In this document: in pieces, positions 44,883 through 53,992 of the stretch | Layout of the letters: every line of letters starts with the position of its first letter | Numbering within the stretch: position 1 is the stretch's first letter | The notes under the pieces: model-generated | What the model saw: only the letters and a program-made list of their open reading frames with translations | Database searches by the model: none | Told to the model about the DNA's origin: nothing | Translations under genes and position numbers: made by a program | From: a virus | Lineage: Duplodnaviria > Caudoviricetes | Length of the DNA stretch: 64,000 nt | IMG/VR virus record: IMGVR_UViG_3300046795_000082 | Location: 1 to 64,000 of that record | Direction: 5' to 3' (one strand)

Positions 44883-45296
44883 CTACTCCGGCGCTCCACC
44901 CGCCGGCTCCAGCGCGACGTGCGGCGTGACGATGATCAGCGTGCCGGCCGCGATCGTCACCGGCCCGCCGAAGCGTTCGGCCATCACCACTTCCCCCGAC
45001 ACATCGGTGATGTAGTACCCGTAGGCGTTCCCGCCGGTCCCCGTGAACCCGAACGACTGCGCCGGGTACTCGATGAGGGGCGGGTCACCCGGCGTGACGA
45101 CCCAGTTCGTGGGGGCGAGTGCGATGCTGGCGTAGCCGCCCGCCGTCACCTCCACAAAGGAGGACGCGGTACTCGTGCTGGCGGGCGAGATGTCGTTGGC
45201 GAAGAGCCGAAGCTGCCACGGCGCTTGCGTGGGGAGGGAGCCGGTCCATACGGAGAGCCACAGGACTTCCCCGACGTTCGGGACGACGGCGGCCAT
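44883..45296 (-). CDS. small structural protein (paralog 1)
   Basis: VVPNV, LRLFAND, EV..GGY, YGYY, V.AERF, VTP. Confidence 0.65.
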   Translation of the reverse strand: MAAVVPNVGEVLWLSVWTGSLPTQAPWQLRLFANDISPASTSTASSFVEVTAGGYASIALAPTNWVVTPGDPPLIEYPAQSFGFTGTGGNAYGYYITDVSGEVVMAERFGGPVTIAAGTLIIVTPHVALEPAGGAPE

Positions 45297-45297
45297 C

Positions 45298-45714
45298 TCA
45301 GTCTCCCAACAGCGAACCCAGCGACAGGCGTGGCGTCACCTTGATGGTGTCGCCAGCGGCCGGATAGTGTGGCGGGCTCTCCAGTCGCTGCGCGAGCACG
45401 ATCTCCCCAGCGCCGTCCACGATGTAGTAGCCGAAGATGGTGCTCGGCCAGTTGGTCGCACCCGTGAATCCGAAGAGCTTCTGCGGCTGCAGCGCAACCG
45501 ACGGCGCACCGGGGGTGAAGGTCCAGTCCGCCGGCTGAAGCACCGCCGGGGCGTAGCCGCCACCGGAGACTTCCGTCAGGGACGCGGCAGTCGTGTCGCC
45601 CGTCGGCACCACGTCGTTCTCGTACAACCGCAAGATCCACAGCAGCGTCGCGGCGGTCTGTCCAGTCCAATTTGCCAGCGCCGTAGCTGCCGCGACATTC
45701 GGGACGACGGCCAT
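45298..45714 (-). CDS. small structural protein (paralog 2)
   Basis: VVPNV, LRLYEND, EVSGGGY, FGYY, VLAQRL, VTP; a clear paralog of 44883-45296. Confidence 0.65.
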   Translation of the reverse strand: MAVVPNVAAATALANWTGQTAATLLWILRLYENDVVPTGDTTAASLTEVSGGGYAPAVLQPADWTFTPGAPSVALQPQKLFGFTGATNWPSTIFGYYIVDGAGEIVLAQRLESPPHYPAAGDTIKVTPRLSLGSLLGD

Positions 45715-45720
45715 GACCGC

Positions 45721-46011
45721 TCAGAAGGGCACGCCGAGGATGGTGAGCGTCGCCCCGGCGCCGACCGCGTAGAAGTCCGAGAGCTTGAGCGGACCCGTGT
45801 CGAAGGGGCCGATCGAGAGCGGGCTGGTCGCCGCCGCCGCGAGCTTGAGGCCCGTGGCGGTCGTGACCGTGTTGTCGCTCCCAAGGAAGGCGTCCGCCGA
45901 AGTGACGAGCAGCAGCTGGCGGAACGGGATGTTCAGCGCCTCGCTGCCGCCGAAGGGATCCGAGAGGCGCTTCACCGTCGCGGCGAGCGCGATCTGGTAG
46001 GTCTTCACCAT
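45721..46011 (-). CDS. small structural protein
   Basis: 96 aa, beta-rich, in the operon. Confidence 0.6.
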   Translation of the reverse strand: MVKTYQIALAATVKRLSDPFGGSEALNIPFRQLLLVTSADAFLGSDNTVTTATGLKLAAAATSPLSIGPFDTGPLKLSDFYAVGAGATLTILGVPF

Positions 46012-46022
46012 GACACGCGTGC

Positions 46023-46316
46023 CTACGTCTTGTCGATCGTGCCGGGGTTGCGTTCCTTCAGGTCCGGCGGGTCGTCCGGCTTCTGGTTCGGTTCGAAGCG
46101 GTTCGGGACCGACGGCAGCCCGCTCACCGAATTGCTCGCCTCGCTCTTGTCGAAGTAGGGCACAGGCAGGTCGGACCAGAGCGGCTTGCAGGCGTTGCCG
46201 TGCTCGTCGCCGCCCTCGGCGTTCGGGTCCGAGCCCGAGCTGGTGATCGTGTCGCCACTCAAGTCGGTCGAGATCGGCATCCCGGGGTCATCCCAGAAGG
46301 TTTTGATGTCAGCCAT
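46023..46316 (-). CDS. small acidic hypothetical protein
   Basis: ATG at 46316 (MADIKTFWDDPG...) after GAGG. Confidence 0.55.
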   Translation of the reverse strand: MADIKTFWDDPGMPISTDLSGDTITSSGSDPNAEGGDEHGNACKPLWSDLPVPYFDKSEASNSVSGLPSVPNRFEPNQKPDDPPDLKERNPGTIDKT

Positions 46317-46323
46317 AACCACC

Positions 46324-47046
46324 TCACCAGGCGACGGCATCGGTGGCCCGCTCGCTCGGGCTCCCCGCGCAGTCGCAGTCACACAGCGTCCAGCTGTCCC
46401 ACAGGTCGTCGGGATACTGCTCGTCGTCGCGGAGGCTGAGCATCTGGACGCCGTACTTGAACTCGTCCGCCTTGGTCTTCGCCAGCCCCGTGTTGAAGTA
46501 GGGGTTCGGCTTCTCGCCCGTGCCCGGCCAGAGCGCCGCTTGCGCCAGGGCGCCCGCGATGAGCACCTCGCCGCCATCGGCCAGTACACCGGTGAGCACC
46601 GAGGTGTCGTCGAGCCGAGCGCCCTGGCGGTTGTAGACGGCCGTCAGCGTGGACGCGCTCCCGTGCGGGTAGACCAGGTAGCGCGCCTGGCCCACCGTCG
46701 GGGGCGTCACCGAGGGCGACGCCGCGACCAGGGCGGTGACCGGGCCGGTGGCGACGTTCGCCGGGTCCGTACAGCCCAGCTCCGCGAGCGACTTGTCGAA
46801 GCAGATGCGAACCTGCCGACTCTTGTCGACCACGACGCGGAAGCTGGCGAAGTCGGTCGGCAGCGTCACGTAGAGGTCGGACGTGAGGATCGGCAACGTG
46901 GCCTCGCCGCGCATGAAGCCCCAGCGACGCGCCGCGAGGAGTTGCTTCCAGGCCGCATTCACCCACTCGCGCGCGAGGAAGGTCGGCGCGGCTGGACAAT
47001 ACAGCCGCACCGTCCGCCAGCAATCGCCGTAGGTGAACGCGGGCAT
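46324..47046 (-). CDS. head-tail adaptor-like protein (third paralog)
   Basis: REWVNAAW, LPTDF, YLVYP, LIAGALAQA. Confidence 0.55.
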   Translation of the reverse strand: MPAFTYGDCWRTVRLYCPAAPTFLAREWVNAAWKQLLAARRWGFMRGEATLPILTSDLYVTLPTDFASFRVVVDKSRQVRICFDKSLAELGCTDPANVATGPVTALVAASPSVTPPTVGQARYLVYPHGSASTLTAVYNRQGARLDDTSVLTGVLADGGEVLIAGALAQAALWPGTGEKPNPYFNTGLAKTKADEFKYGVQMLSLRDDEQYPDDLWDSWTLCDCDCAGSPSERATDAVAW

Positions 47047-47358
47047 CTACGACCCGATGATTTCCATCTGACAGCTGAAGCCCGAGAGGTCGGTCCCGTT
47101 AGCCACCTCCGCCCCAGGCGCCGAGAACCATTGGACCTTCTGGGTCGCCGAGTTCCAGGCCACCACACGCGTGTTCACCCCCGCGGCATCGAGTGCGGGG
47201 GTGAAGCTGGCGACGACGATCGTCCCCAGCCCGAAGGACGCGGGAGTGGCCGCCTCCCCACCCGTGGCGTAGAGCGTGGGTCCACTCCAGCGTGCGACAC
47301 GACGGAGGAAGTTGCCGGTGTTGTCGAAGTAGTTGCCGACGCGACGATCGACAGGCAT
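47047..47358 (-). CDS. small virion protein
   Basis: 103 aa, RBS GGAGG; Y.TGG motif typical of head accessory proteins. Confidence 0.55.
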   Translation of the reverse strand: MPVDRRVGNYFDNTGNFLRRVARWSGPTLYATGGEAATPASFGLGTIVVASFTPALDAAGVNTRVVAWNSATQKVQWFSAPGAEVANGTDLSGFSCQMEIIGS

Positions 47359-47370
47359 GGTTCCTCCTTC

Positions 47371-47925
47371 CTACGTCGTCTCAGGCAGGTCGAGGTCGAC
47401 CAACACGCGCGCCTCGCTGGCGAGCCTGGTGAGCGGCGTCGAGACCCGACCGAGGGGGACGTTGGTCGGCGCGGTGCCCGCAGCGATGCGCGCGCCCTTG
47501 CCGGCGGTGGCCGCCGAGCCGATGACGGTGTCGCCAACGGCTGCCGCGGTGCTGTCGGCATCGACCAGCTTCGGATAGCCCGGGCCGGCGAACTGGACAC
47601 ACGTGTAGTTGCCCTTGGTGACCAGGTTGTTGAAGATGCCGGCGACCGCGTTCAGGTTGGTGTTGACGGTGGTGACGAGGTACTGGGACTTGTCGACCCA
47701 GTAGGCGACCGCGCCCGGGAAGGGGCCGACGGTCATCGTCGAGTCCGTCTTCACCAGCTGGTAGCGCTTCGACGAGCCGGTCTTCGGTGGCGCCCCGCGC
47801 CCCGTCGGCTGGATGACGGTGAAGCGGCTGCCCAGTAGGCCAGGCGCGTGGAGAGTCGGCGTGTCCTCGCCCTCGGGGTTGCCGCTCTGGAGGTAGACGG
47901 CCGGATTCTCAAAACGATTCGGCAT
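47371..47925 (-). CDS. capsid decoration/cement-like protein
   Basis: Directly follows the MCP; beta-rich (KGNYTCVQFAG). Confidence 0.55.
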   Translation of the reverse strand: MPNRFENPAVYLQSGNPEGEDTPTLHAPGLLGSRFTVIQPTGRGAPPKTGSSKRYQLVKTDSTMTVGPFPGAVAYWVDKSQYLVTTVNTNLNAVAGIFNNLVTKGNYTCVQFAGPGYPKLVDADSTAAAVGDTVIGSAATAGKGARIAAGTAPTNVPLGRVSTPLTRLASEARVLVDLDLPETT

Positions 47926-47934
47926 GGCGGCCTC

Positions 47935-48987
47935 CTAGCTGCCAATCCCGTGGATGACGCGCGAGAGTCGCAGCGCCTTCACGGTGAGGTTGCCGGCGTA
48001 GAGGATCTGGCCGGAGACCTGGTTGTCCTCGCGCGCACCCTTGAAGCCGGTGAAGCCGAAGGCGAACTTGCGGCTTTGCGCGATGTAGAGACGGATGTAG
48101 GCGTCGTCCCCCTGGGGCCCGAAGTTCAACCACCAGAAGGTCTCGTTGGGGGCGTAGTAGTTGCCCAGGTCGTCGTCGTTGACGCCGTCGGCGCCAGGGC
48201 AGTACTGCGACATCATGATCGTCGCTTTGTCGAACTTCATCCCCGGCCAGTTGATCTCCGGCTGGGTCGTGTCGATGATCTGATGCGGGAGGAAGTTCTC
48301 CGAGATGTAGCCCATGCAGCGGTTGGTCGTGATCGCGGTGGCCGGCGCCTCGTTGCCGATGATCGTGCTGTAGTAGCTGTGCCGCAGGACCCGGTAGGAG
48401 ATGGGGTTGCCGCCGAGGTTCGCGGCGACCAGGCCGGTCGGCGCGGTCAGCGCGGGCGCCACGTCCACACGCGTCTGGCCGCCATAGCTCGGGAAGACGT
48501 TCCCGGTCCAGGTCGGGTCGGCGCCGTTGGTGAGCGCCTCCTCCAGGCCGTTGATTTCCATCGAGCGGTCGTCGCCGACGATCGGCTGGCCGTGGTGGAA
48601 GGCGGCGATTTCGAGGATGGCGGACATGGTCAGGCTGGCCTGCGCCATGTCGGTGCGGATGACCGAGAAGGCCGCCCGCGGCCCGGCCATCTCGACTTCC
48701 AGGTCTTCCAGAAATTCGGTGACCGTCACCTGGTAGTAGCGGGGGCCGAAGAGCAAGCCGGTGCGGGTCTGCCGGCGCGTGATGTCGAACGTCCCGCCCT
48801 TCCGGTACGAGCCACCCTTCATCGGCTTGTACATGAAGTTTTCTTGAATCTGCGGGCCGATCCACTTCCGGTTGAAGCGGCCCTTGGCCATGGCGATGAA
48901 CGGCCCGGCCTTGAAATAGCCATCGACGACACCCGGCTCGATTTCGCGGGTCACCGTCGTGTTGACATCGTCCAGCTGAATGGGCAC
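47935..48987 (-). CDS. major capsid protein
   Basis: 350 aa after the scaffold gene; HK97-fold-type motifs (DGYF..P, GG.I, INGL, G..F.G); position in the operon. Confidence 0.8.
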   Translation of the reverse strand: MPIQLDDVNTTVTREIEPGVVDGYFKAGPFIAMAKGRFNRKWIGPQIQENFMYKPMKGGSYRKGGTFDITRRQTRTGLLFGPRYYQVTVTEFLEDLEVEMAGPRAAFSVIRTDMAQASLTMSAILEIAAFHHGQPIVGDDRSMEINGLEEALTNGADPTWTGNVFPSYGGQTRVDVAPALTAPTGLVAANLGGNPISYRVLRHSYYSTIIGNEAPATAITTNRCMGYISENFLPHQIIDTTQPEINWPGMKFDKATIMMSQYCPGADGVNDDDLGNYYAPNETFWWLNFGPQGDDAYIRLYIAQSRKFAFGFTGFKGAREDNQVSGQILYAGNLTVKALRLSRVIHGIGS

Positions 48988-49002
48988 GGGGGCCCTCCTG
49001 TG

Positions 49003-49791
49003 TTATGAGCCGCGCGCAGACTGCAGCCGTTCGTATTCGGCGACGGCCGTGTCGAGCGTGTGTGCGGCGGTGCCATCCTTCGTCGCGAGCACGTCGAGCG
49101 GCGAGGACTCGGAGCGCAGGGGGAACGGGTGGGTCGACTGACCCTTGGTCCGTTCCAGCAACCGCTTCTCGACCTCGTCGTTGATGCGTTTGTCGTCTGC
49201 CTCTTTGGCCTTGGCCTGCAGCTGCGGCCCGTAGCGCTCGACGTAGGCGTCCTGGAGCGAGAAGATTCGTCCGGGCTGACCGGCGATTGGGCGGCCGACC
49301 TTGGGGTTCTGAACCAGTTCAAGCGCGTCGAGCGGCTCGCCGAAGATCGCCATGTGCCGACCGGCCTGCGAGGCGATGAAGGCGGAGACCGCGATGTAGT
49401 CCTTCCCCGCGCTGTTCACGGCCTCGTCGGCCAGCCGACGCACGTCGTCTTCGGTGATCGCCGCGAGCAGCGCCGGGTTGGGATTCGGGTTCGGATTCGG
49501 GTTCGGATTCGGGTTCCCACCCCGCTCCTTCGCCTTGTCGAGCGCGTCTTTGTTCACGGCGTACCACTCGTTCAACCGCTCGTAGTGCTCGTTCAGGGCG
49601 ACCTCTTTGTCCCGAAGCCCGTCCATCGATTTGCTGTAGTCGGCGCGGGCCAGCGTGCCGTCGCCCATCAGGACCACGGCCTCCTTCGCCTCCGCCGCAT
49701 CAAAGACCGTCTTCGCCTGTGCCTGCAGCTCCGTCGGGAGCTTGGCGAGCACGCCAGCGAGGAACGACTGACCCGACTCAAACGCACCCAT
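49003..49791 (-). CDS. capsid scaffolding protein
   Basis: Helical and charged, with a (NP)n linker; directly upstream of the MCP. Confidence 0.7.
   Translation of the reverse strand: MGAFESGQSFLAGVLAKLPTELQAQAKTVFDAAEAKEAVVLMGDGTLARADYSKSMDGLRDKEVALNEHYERLNEWYAVNKDALDKAKERGGNPNPNPNPNPNPNPALLAAITEDDVRRLADEAVNSAGKDYIAVSAFIASQAGRHMAIFGEPLDALELVQNPKVGRPIAGQPGRIFSLQDAYVERYGPQLQAKAKEADDKRINDEVEKRLLERTKGQSTHPFPLRSESSPLDVLATKDGTAAHTLDTAVAEYERLQSARGS
49475..49515 (-). repeat. (Asn-Pro)n coding microrepeat
   Basis: GGATTCGGGTTC tandem copies on +, encoding GNPNPNPNPNPNP. Confidence 0.85.
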
Positions 49792-49886
49792 GTGTCACTC
49801 CCTCCGCGAAGGCCAGCGCTCCCTCCATCCCTCCGCTCGCGCGGGCGAGGATGTGGACACGCCTCTCCACGTGTTTGGCGTTCTGC

Positions 49887-50285
49887 CTACACCGACCCGG
49901 GTCCGGCCACACCCTGGTCGATTCCGCCGCCTGGGAACGCCGGCCCTGGCGCCGTCGGCGAGACCGGCCCGGCGCCGGCCTGCATCAGATCCGCGAGATA
50001 TTGCTGAATCATGTCCTTGATGAGCGCGAGCTGTGCCCCCTTGTCCGGGGTGATCTGCGACCAGGAGTCCAGGAGGTCGGACATCGACTGGGCCGACTGG
50101 GTGATGCCAGTCAGGACCTCGGGCGGCATCTGGGTCGTGGGGAGCTGACTGGCCAGCCCCTTCATCGAGAAGGGGTCGCCTCCGCCTCCGCCCATCGGCG
50201 TCGGCGAGGGTGGCGGCTGGTCGAGTGCCGTGCTGCCAGGGGTCGGGCCGGTGCCAGGAAAGCCCGCGCCAGCGGGGAAAGCCAT
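49887..50285 (-). CDS. Pro/Gly-rich portal-cluster protein
   Basis: 132 aa; helical core with disordered ends. Confidence 0.6.
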   Translation of the reverse strand: MAFPAGAGFPGTGPTPGSTALDQPPPSPTPMGGGGGDPFSMKGLASQLPTTQMPPEVLTGITQSAQSMSDLLDSWSQITPDKGAQLALIKDMIQQYLADLMQAGAGPVSPTAPGPAFPGGGIDQGVAGPGSV

Positions 50286-50605
50286 TAGCTCCTCCGTCTT
50301 GAGAGTGACCGTGTGCGACGCACATCTCGCGTGGGAGCCACGTCTCGCGCGGACGTGTCGGCGAACAGGCGCGTTCCCTCGGAGATGGCCCGCGGGGTCG
50401 CCAGGCCCCCACGCACTGGCCGGTCGAGACCGACCTCTTCATCGAAGCTGCGGCTGCGCGTCTTGGCCGGCGCGAGCGGCGGCGTGGGCGGGGGACCAAA
50501 GAAACTCTCGCGGTTCCGGACGCCCCGCCGCCCGAGGTCGTTGATCTTCAGGACCAGTTCGTCCCCCGTGGCGCGCGCCGGTGGGACGTCATCGTCCTTA
50601 GCCAT
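50285..50605 (-). CDS. basic hypothetical protein
   Basis: 106 aa; coupled start/stop overlaps. Confidence 0.55.
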   Translation of the reverse strand: MAKDDDVPPARATGDELVLKINDLGRRGVRNRESFFGPPPTPPLAPAKTRSRSFDEEVGLDRPVRGGLATPRAISEGTRLFADTSARDVAPTRDVRRTRSLSRRRS

Positions 50606-50772
50606 CAGTACCGCCCGCCGCCGCGCATCGACTTCTGCGCCGGACTGAAGCCCTTCTTCTGGAAGCCGCCCTTCTTGCCGAACGGCTTGCTCTTCTTCTT
50701 GCTGGACATGGGCGGCGGGGGGCCGCCCCCCTCGTCTGCCGGGGGTCCGCCGAACGGTCTACCGAAGGCCAT
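50605..50772 (-). CDS. small Lys/Gly-rich basic protein (possible DNA-condensing core protein)
   Basis: MAFGRPFGG...SKKKSKPFGKKGGFQKKGF...; TGATG overlaps. Confidence 0.55.
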   Translation of the reverse strand: MAFGRPFGGPPADEGGGPPPPMSSKKKSKPFGKKGGFQKKGFSPAQKSMRGGGRY

Positions 50773-51215
50773 CACGCGACTCTCTTTCCGCGGTATACCG
50801 CGCGGTAATTCAGCTTGCGAATCTCGGCGAAGCACACGACCCGCGCCGCACGGACCTCAGGCGCGATCTGTCCGCGCTGCAGGCGTCCTTCTTCGACCGC
50901 TGCGAGGCGCAGGATTGCGTCAGCCTGCGGACGCTTGATCACGAGGTACGGGTAGACCAACCGGATCACACGAAGCGCTTGATCGCAGGCAACGCGGAAA
51001 CACCATGACGGTTTGCGATTGCTCCTGGCGTCGTGGCGAGGATGAATTTGTCCGAACGGCAATCGCTCGCGCAACCACGCCAGTAGGTTGAGATCGATGT
51101 TGGTGATCTGGAGGTGCGGACGCACCCAGTCCGGCCGGCCGCCACGCGTGAACAGGCCGATGCAACCTTCCCCGTCGATGATTCCAGCCAAGTACGCGAT
51201 CTCTTCGGTCGTCAT
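50772..51215 (-). CDS. single-motif LAGLIDADG homing endonuclease
   Basis: YLAGIIDGEGCI motif near the N-terminus; L.I.N.D..LL, FG.I and YL..K..QA. Confidence 0.85.
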   Translation of the reverse strand: MTTEEIAYLAGIIDGEGCIGLFTRGGRPDWVRPHLQITNIDLNLLAWLRERLPFGQIHPRHDARSNRKPSWCFRVACDQALRVIRLVYPYLVIKRPQADAILRLAAVEEGRLQRGQIAPEVRAARVVCFAEIRKLNYRAVYRGKRVA

Positions 51216-51373
51216 CGCCGTTTGCCCGACAAGCTCCGTTTCGGCCCGTGCCACTTCTTGCCCAGCTCGGGCTTCTTGTTCGCGGTGGCATAGAAGACGC
51301 GCTCGCCCTTCTCGCCCCCGTACTGGCTCCGCATCGAGCGGAGGACCTTGGAGCCGGAGTCGGTCAGCGGCAT
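51212..51373 (-). CDS. 53-aa basic phage protein
   Basis: Hand-translated MPLTDSGSKVLRSMRSQYGGEKGERVFYATANKKPELGKKWHGPKRSLSGKRR*; ATGA overlap with the endonuclease. Confidence 0.7.
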   Translation of the reverse strand: MPLTDSGSKVLRSMRSQYGGEKGERVFYATANKKPELGKKWHGPKRSLSGKRR

Positions 51374-51422
51374 GACGGGCTAGCGTCGGAGGAGATCAGG
51401 GGTTTGTCTAGCCCCCCTTTGT

Positions 51423-51650
51423 CTAGCAGCGGCTACAGCGATCGGCACGCGTGCCGTCGAGGCGACCTCCGCAATCGCGGCAGACACCACGCGCGCGATT
51501 CGCCGCTCGACGAAGTCGGCGCTGCTCGTTCCTGACGGCGCAGCAGACTTGACACCGCCACCCGCTGCGACGCTTCACACGCCCGCAGATCGCGCACCGC
51601 TCGGCCTGAAGCTGCTTGTACTGCCACTGGGTTTGGCGAGAACCGATCAC
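51423..51650 (-). CDS. Cys-rich zinc-finger protein
   Basis: CAIC, CQVC, CRDC and CSRC; coupled to the portal stop. Confidence 0.55.
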   Translation of the reverse strand: MIGSRQTQWQYKQLQAERCAICGRVKRRSGWRCQVCCAVRNEQRRLRRAANRARGVCRDCGGRLDGTRADRCSRC

Positions 51651-53791
51651 TTCTTCGACTCGCTCACGGTCGTGCGGCCGTCGGATTTCTCTTCCTGGTG
51701 TGGGGGTTCCTGGCCACTGGCCTTACGGCCGGCCGGGCTGACGGTTTGGCCGATCCCCATCATGGCCTGCGCCTGGAGGCGCTCGGTCACCGTGACCGGG
51801 ACGCGCAGCTCCATGATCTGCCCCGACTGCGGGTCCATCTGGAAGGTGCGGCCGGAGGCAGGGTCGGTGTACTGCGGCAGCGGCATCGCGCCAGCGACCA
51901 TCGCCTGCATCGCGCCGGGCGTCTGCTGCACCTGCTGCAGGATCTGCGGCATCACGTCTGGTGGGGGTGGCGAGAGTGGGGGCAGCGGCACGGCCGGCGG
52001 CGCACCGACGTTGGGGGTTTCCAGCGTCTCGTGCAGCGACCAGAAGTCGTAGTAGCCCATGCGCGAGAGCTGCACGCGCATCATCTTGCGCTCGGTGGCA
52101 TCCATGGCCAGGACGCTGTTCGGGGCGACGACGAAGATGAACTGCTTGTGGAACCACTGCGCGCGCTCGTCGCGGGTGGTGGTCGTCGCGTCCAGCTCCG
52201 GCGTGTAGCCGGGCTGGCCAGGCATGAGCGCGGGCACGAAGTTGTCGGGGTCGAAGTCGAACTCGTCCAGCGTCTGGCCGCCGGTGCCGAGGACCTGCAG
52301 GCGCTTCTGCTTGGAGAGGAACTGGAAGTAGTTGATCTTCACCATCTCGCTGAAGTCGCGCAGGAACAACTCGACCTGGCGAGCCTCGCTGCGAATCTCG
52401 GGGGTCAGGGCCTCGTAGTACTTCTGAATCGTGTCGGCCGCCGGCATCTGGCGCAGCTGCAGCAGGGCCGACAGGTTGGCGGTGCCCGAGAGGTCGGTAA
52501 ACTTCTGGGTCAGCTTCTCCCACATCTCCAGCCCGAGCTGGATGATGCTGGGGTTGGGGCCGTCCTCCTTCTTCCACGGGTCGCCGAAGCCCGGCATGAC
52601 CTTGACCCGCTTACCTGGACGGCGCGGGTCCATCAGCTTCATGGTCGACTCGCTGACGGCGTTTCTGTTGTAGACGACGTCGGGGTTCAGCCACTGCTGC
52701 ATCGCCAGGCGCACGTCCTGGACGGTGTCGTTGATAGCGTCCTGGAGCGGCAGGAGGTCGTTGAAGAGGGGGATGCCCAGGAACTGCCAGGGGACGCTCC
52801 AGAGCTTCATACGGCAGAAGGGATACATCCCGTGCCAGTAGGTGTTGGGGCCGTCGTAGATGACCGCGTCGTCGGTGGCGACCAGGAGGCGCCCGCGGGG
52901 GTAGAGCGGCTCGTTGGGCTGCGCCACGTAGGCCCAGTTGCTGCCGGGCGTACCCATCGTGATCGGGCGGGCGGTCAGATTGCGCGTGCGGTCGCGGAAG
53001 TAGGCGCGGTAGAGCACCAGGGCGCCCGCCCGGGCCTTTCTGACCGTCCCTGCGCTGCCCCCGAAGGCGATCGAGTCCAGGGGGTCAGCCGGAGTAATCA
53101 GGCGGCTCAGGCCGGTCCTGAAGCGCCCCATGACGCGTCCCAGCATGGTGTCTGAGGCCGGGCGGAAGAGCGTCGCCTTGGTTGGGTACATGCCACGCAG
53201 GACGTTGACCGTGTGCTCCTCGCGGAAGCAGACCCCTTCCCAGGTCTGGACCGAGCGGCCGAAGCTGGGCCTGAGCGGCAGGGTGTCGCGCGGGTCGCGC
53301 GCGGACAGCTCGTGCGCGCCGCCCATCGGGACGTGGGGATCCCAGTCGATGACCAGGTCGCCCGTCCCTCCAGCGAGCGAGTACTTGACACAGTCCCCCA
53401 AATCCAAATCCATCATCCGGGTAATCCACTCGGCCATCAACAGCTGGTTGAGCATGTTGGCCTGGAGCTGGTACTCGGGGTTGGTCTTCCAGCCGGCGAC
53501 CGGCTTGAGGTCGGTGATGGCGCTGACGTGCGCCTGCATCGCTTTCCGGGTCTCGTTGATCGTGACCTGGGGGAGGTATTTGAGCTTGCAGCGCTCGGCC
53601 GAGAGCTGCTCGCCGACGATGTAGGCCTGGGCCCGGCTGATCATGTCGTAGCTCGGGTCCTGGCGATTGATCGCGTCGCCCTCCTGGACCCACTCGCGCA
53701 GCCAGTTGAGGACGCGCGGGTCGCCGTGCAGGAGACTCTCCGCGGTGGTCCGCGGCAGGTCGAGGACGCCGGATTGCGAGAAGTCAGCCAT
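51647..53791 (-). CDS. portal protein
   Basis: 714 aa in the usual position; P22/T7-like portal motifs (PLQD.IN, A..NP, SG.., I...Y..L, K..Y). Confidence 0.8.
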   Translation of the reverse strand: MADFSQSGVLDLPRTTAESLLHGDPRVLNWLREWVQEGDAINRQDPSYDMISRAQAYIVGEQLSAERCKLKYLPQVTINETRKAMQAHVSAITDLKPVAGWKTNPEYQLQANMLNQLLMAEWITRMMDLDLGDCVKYSLAGGTGDLVIDWDPHVPMGGAHELSARDPRDTLPLRPSFGRSVQTWEGVCFREEHTVNVLRGMYPTKATLFRPASDTMLGRVMGRFRTGLSRLITPADPLDSIAFGGSAGTVRKARAGALVLYRAYFRDRTRNLTARPITMGTPGSNWAYVAQPNEPLYPRGRLLVATDDAVIYDGPNTYWHGMYPFCRMKLWSVPWQFLGIPLFNDLLPLQDAINDTVQDVRLAMQQWLNPDVVYNRNAVSESTMKLMDPRRPGKRVKVMPGFGDPWKKEDGPNPSIIQLGLEMWEKLTQKFTDLSGTANLSALLQLRQMPAADTIQKYYEALTPEIRSEARQVELFLRDFSEMVKINYFQFLSKQKRLQVLGTGGQTLDEFDFDPDNFVPALMPGQPGYTPELDATTTTRDERAQWFHKQFIFVVAPNSVLAMDATERKMMRVQLSRMGYYDFWSLHETLETPNVGAPPAVPLPPLSPPPPDVMPQILQQVQQTPGAMQAMVAGAMPLPQYTDPASGRTFQMDPQSGQIMELRVPVTVTERLQAQAMMGIGQTVSPAGRKASGQEPPHQEEKSDGRTTVSESKK

Positions 53792-53794
53792 GGT

Positions 53795-53992
53795 TCAGGC
53801 CCACGGCGGCGTCGGGGTCGGCCCCCAGACGATGTAGATCAGCGCCAGCAGGCCGATGACGGCGCGCAGGACGAGCGCCATGTCGCCGGACGGGGTCGGC
53901 AGGCCGAGCAGCCGCAGCACTGGCGGCAGCAGCCAGAAGAGCACGGCCACGACGAAGACGGCAACCAGGACGCGCCACAACACCGCTTTCAT
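53795..53992 (-). CDS. two-TM membrane protein (possible holin)
   Basis: 65 aa with two hydrophobic helices. Confidence 0.6.
   Translation of the reverse strand: MKAVLWRVLVAVFVVAVLFWLLPPVLRLLGLPTPSGDMALVLRAVIGLLALIYIVWGPTPTPPWA

Noticed and set aside
49475-49515. (NP)n repeat as a eukaryote-like antigen repeat
   Set aside because: A short linker in a scaffold protein, explained by simple slippage.
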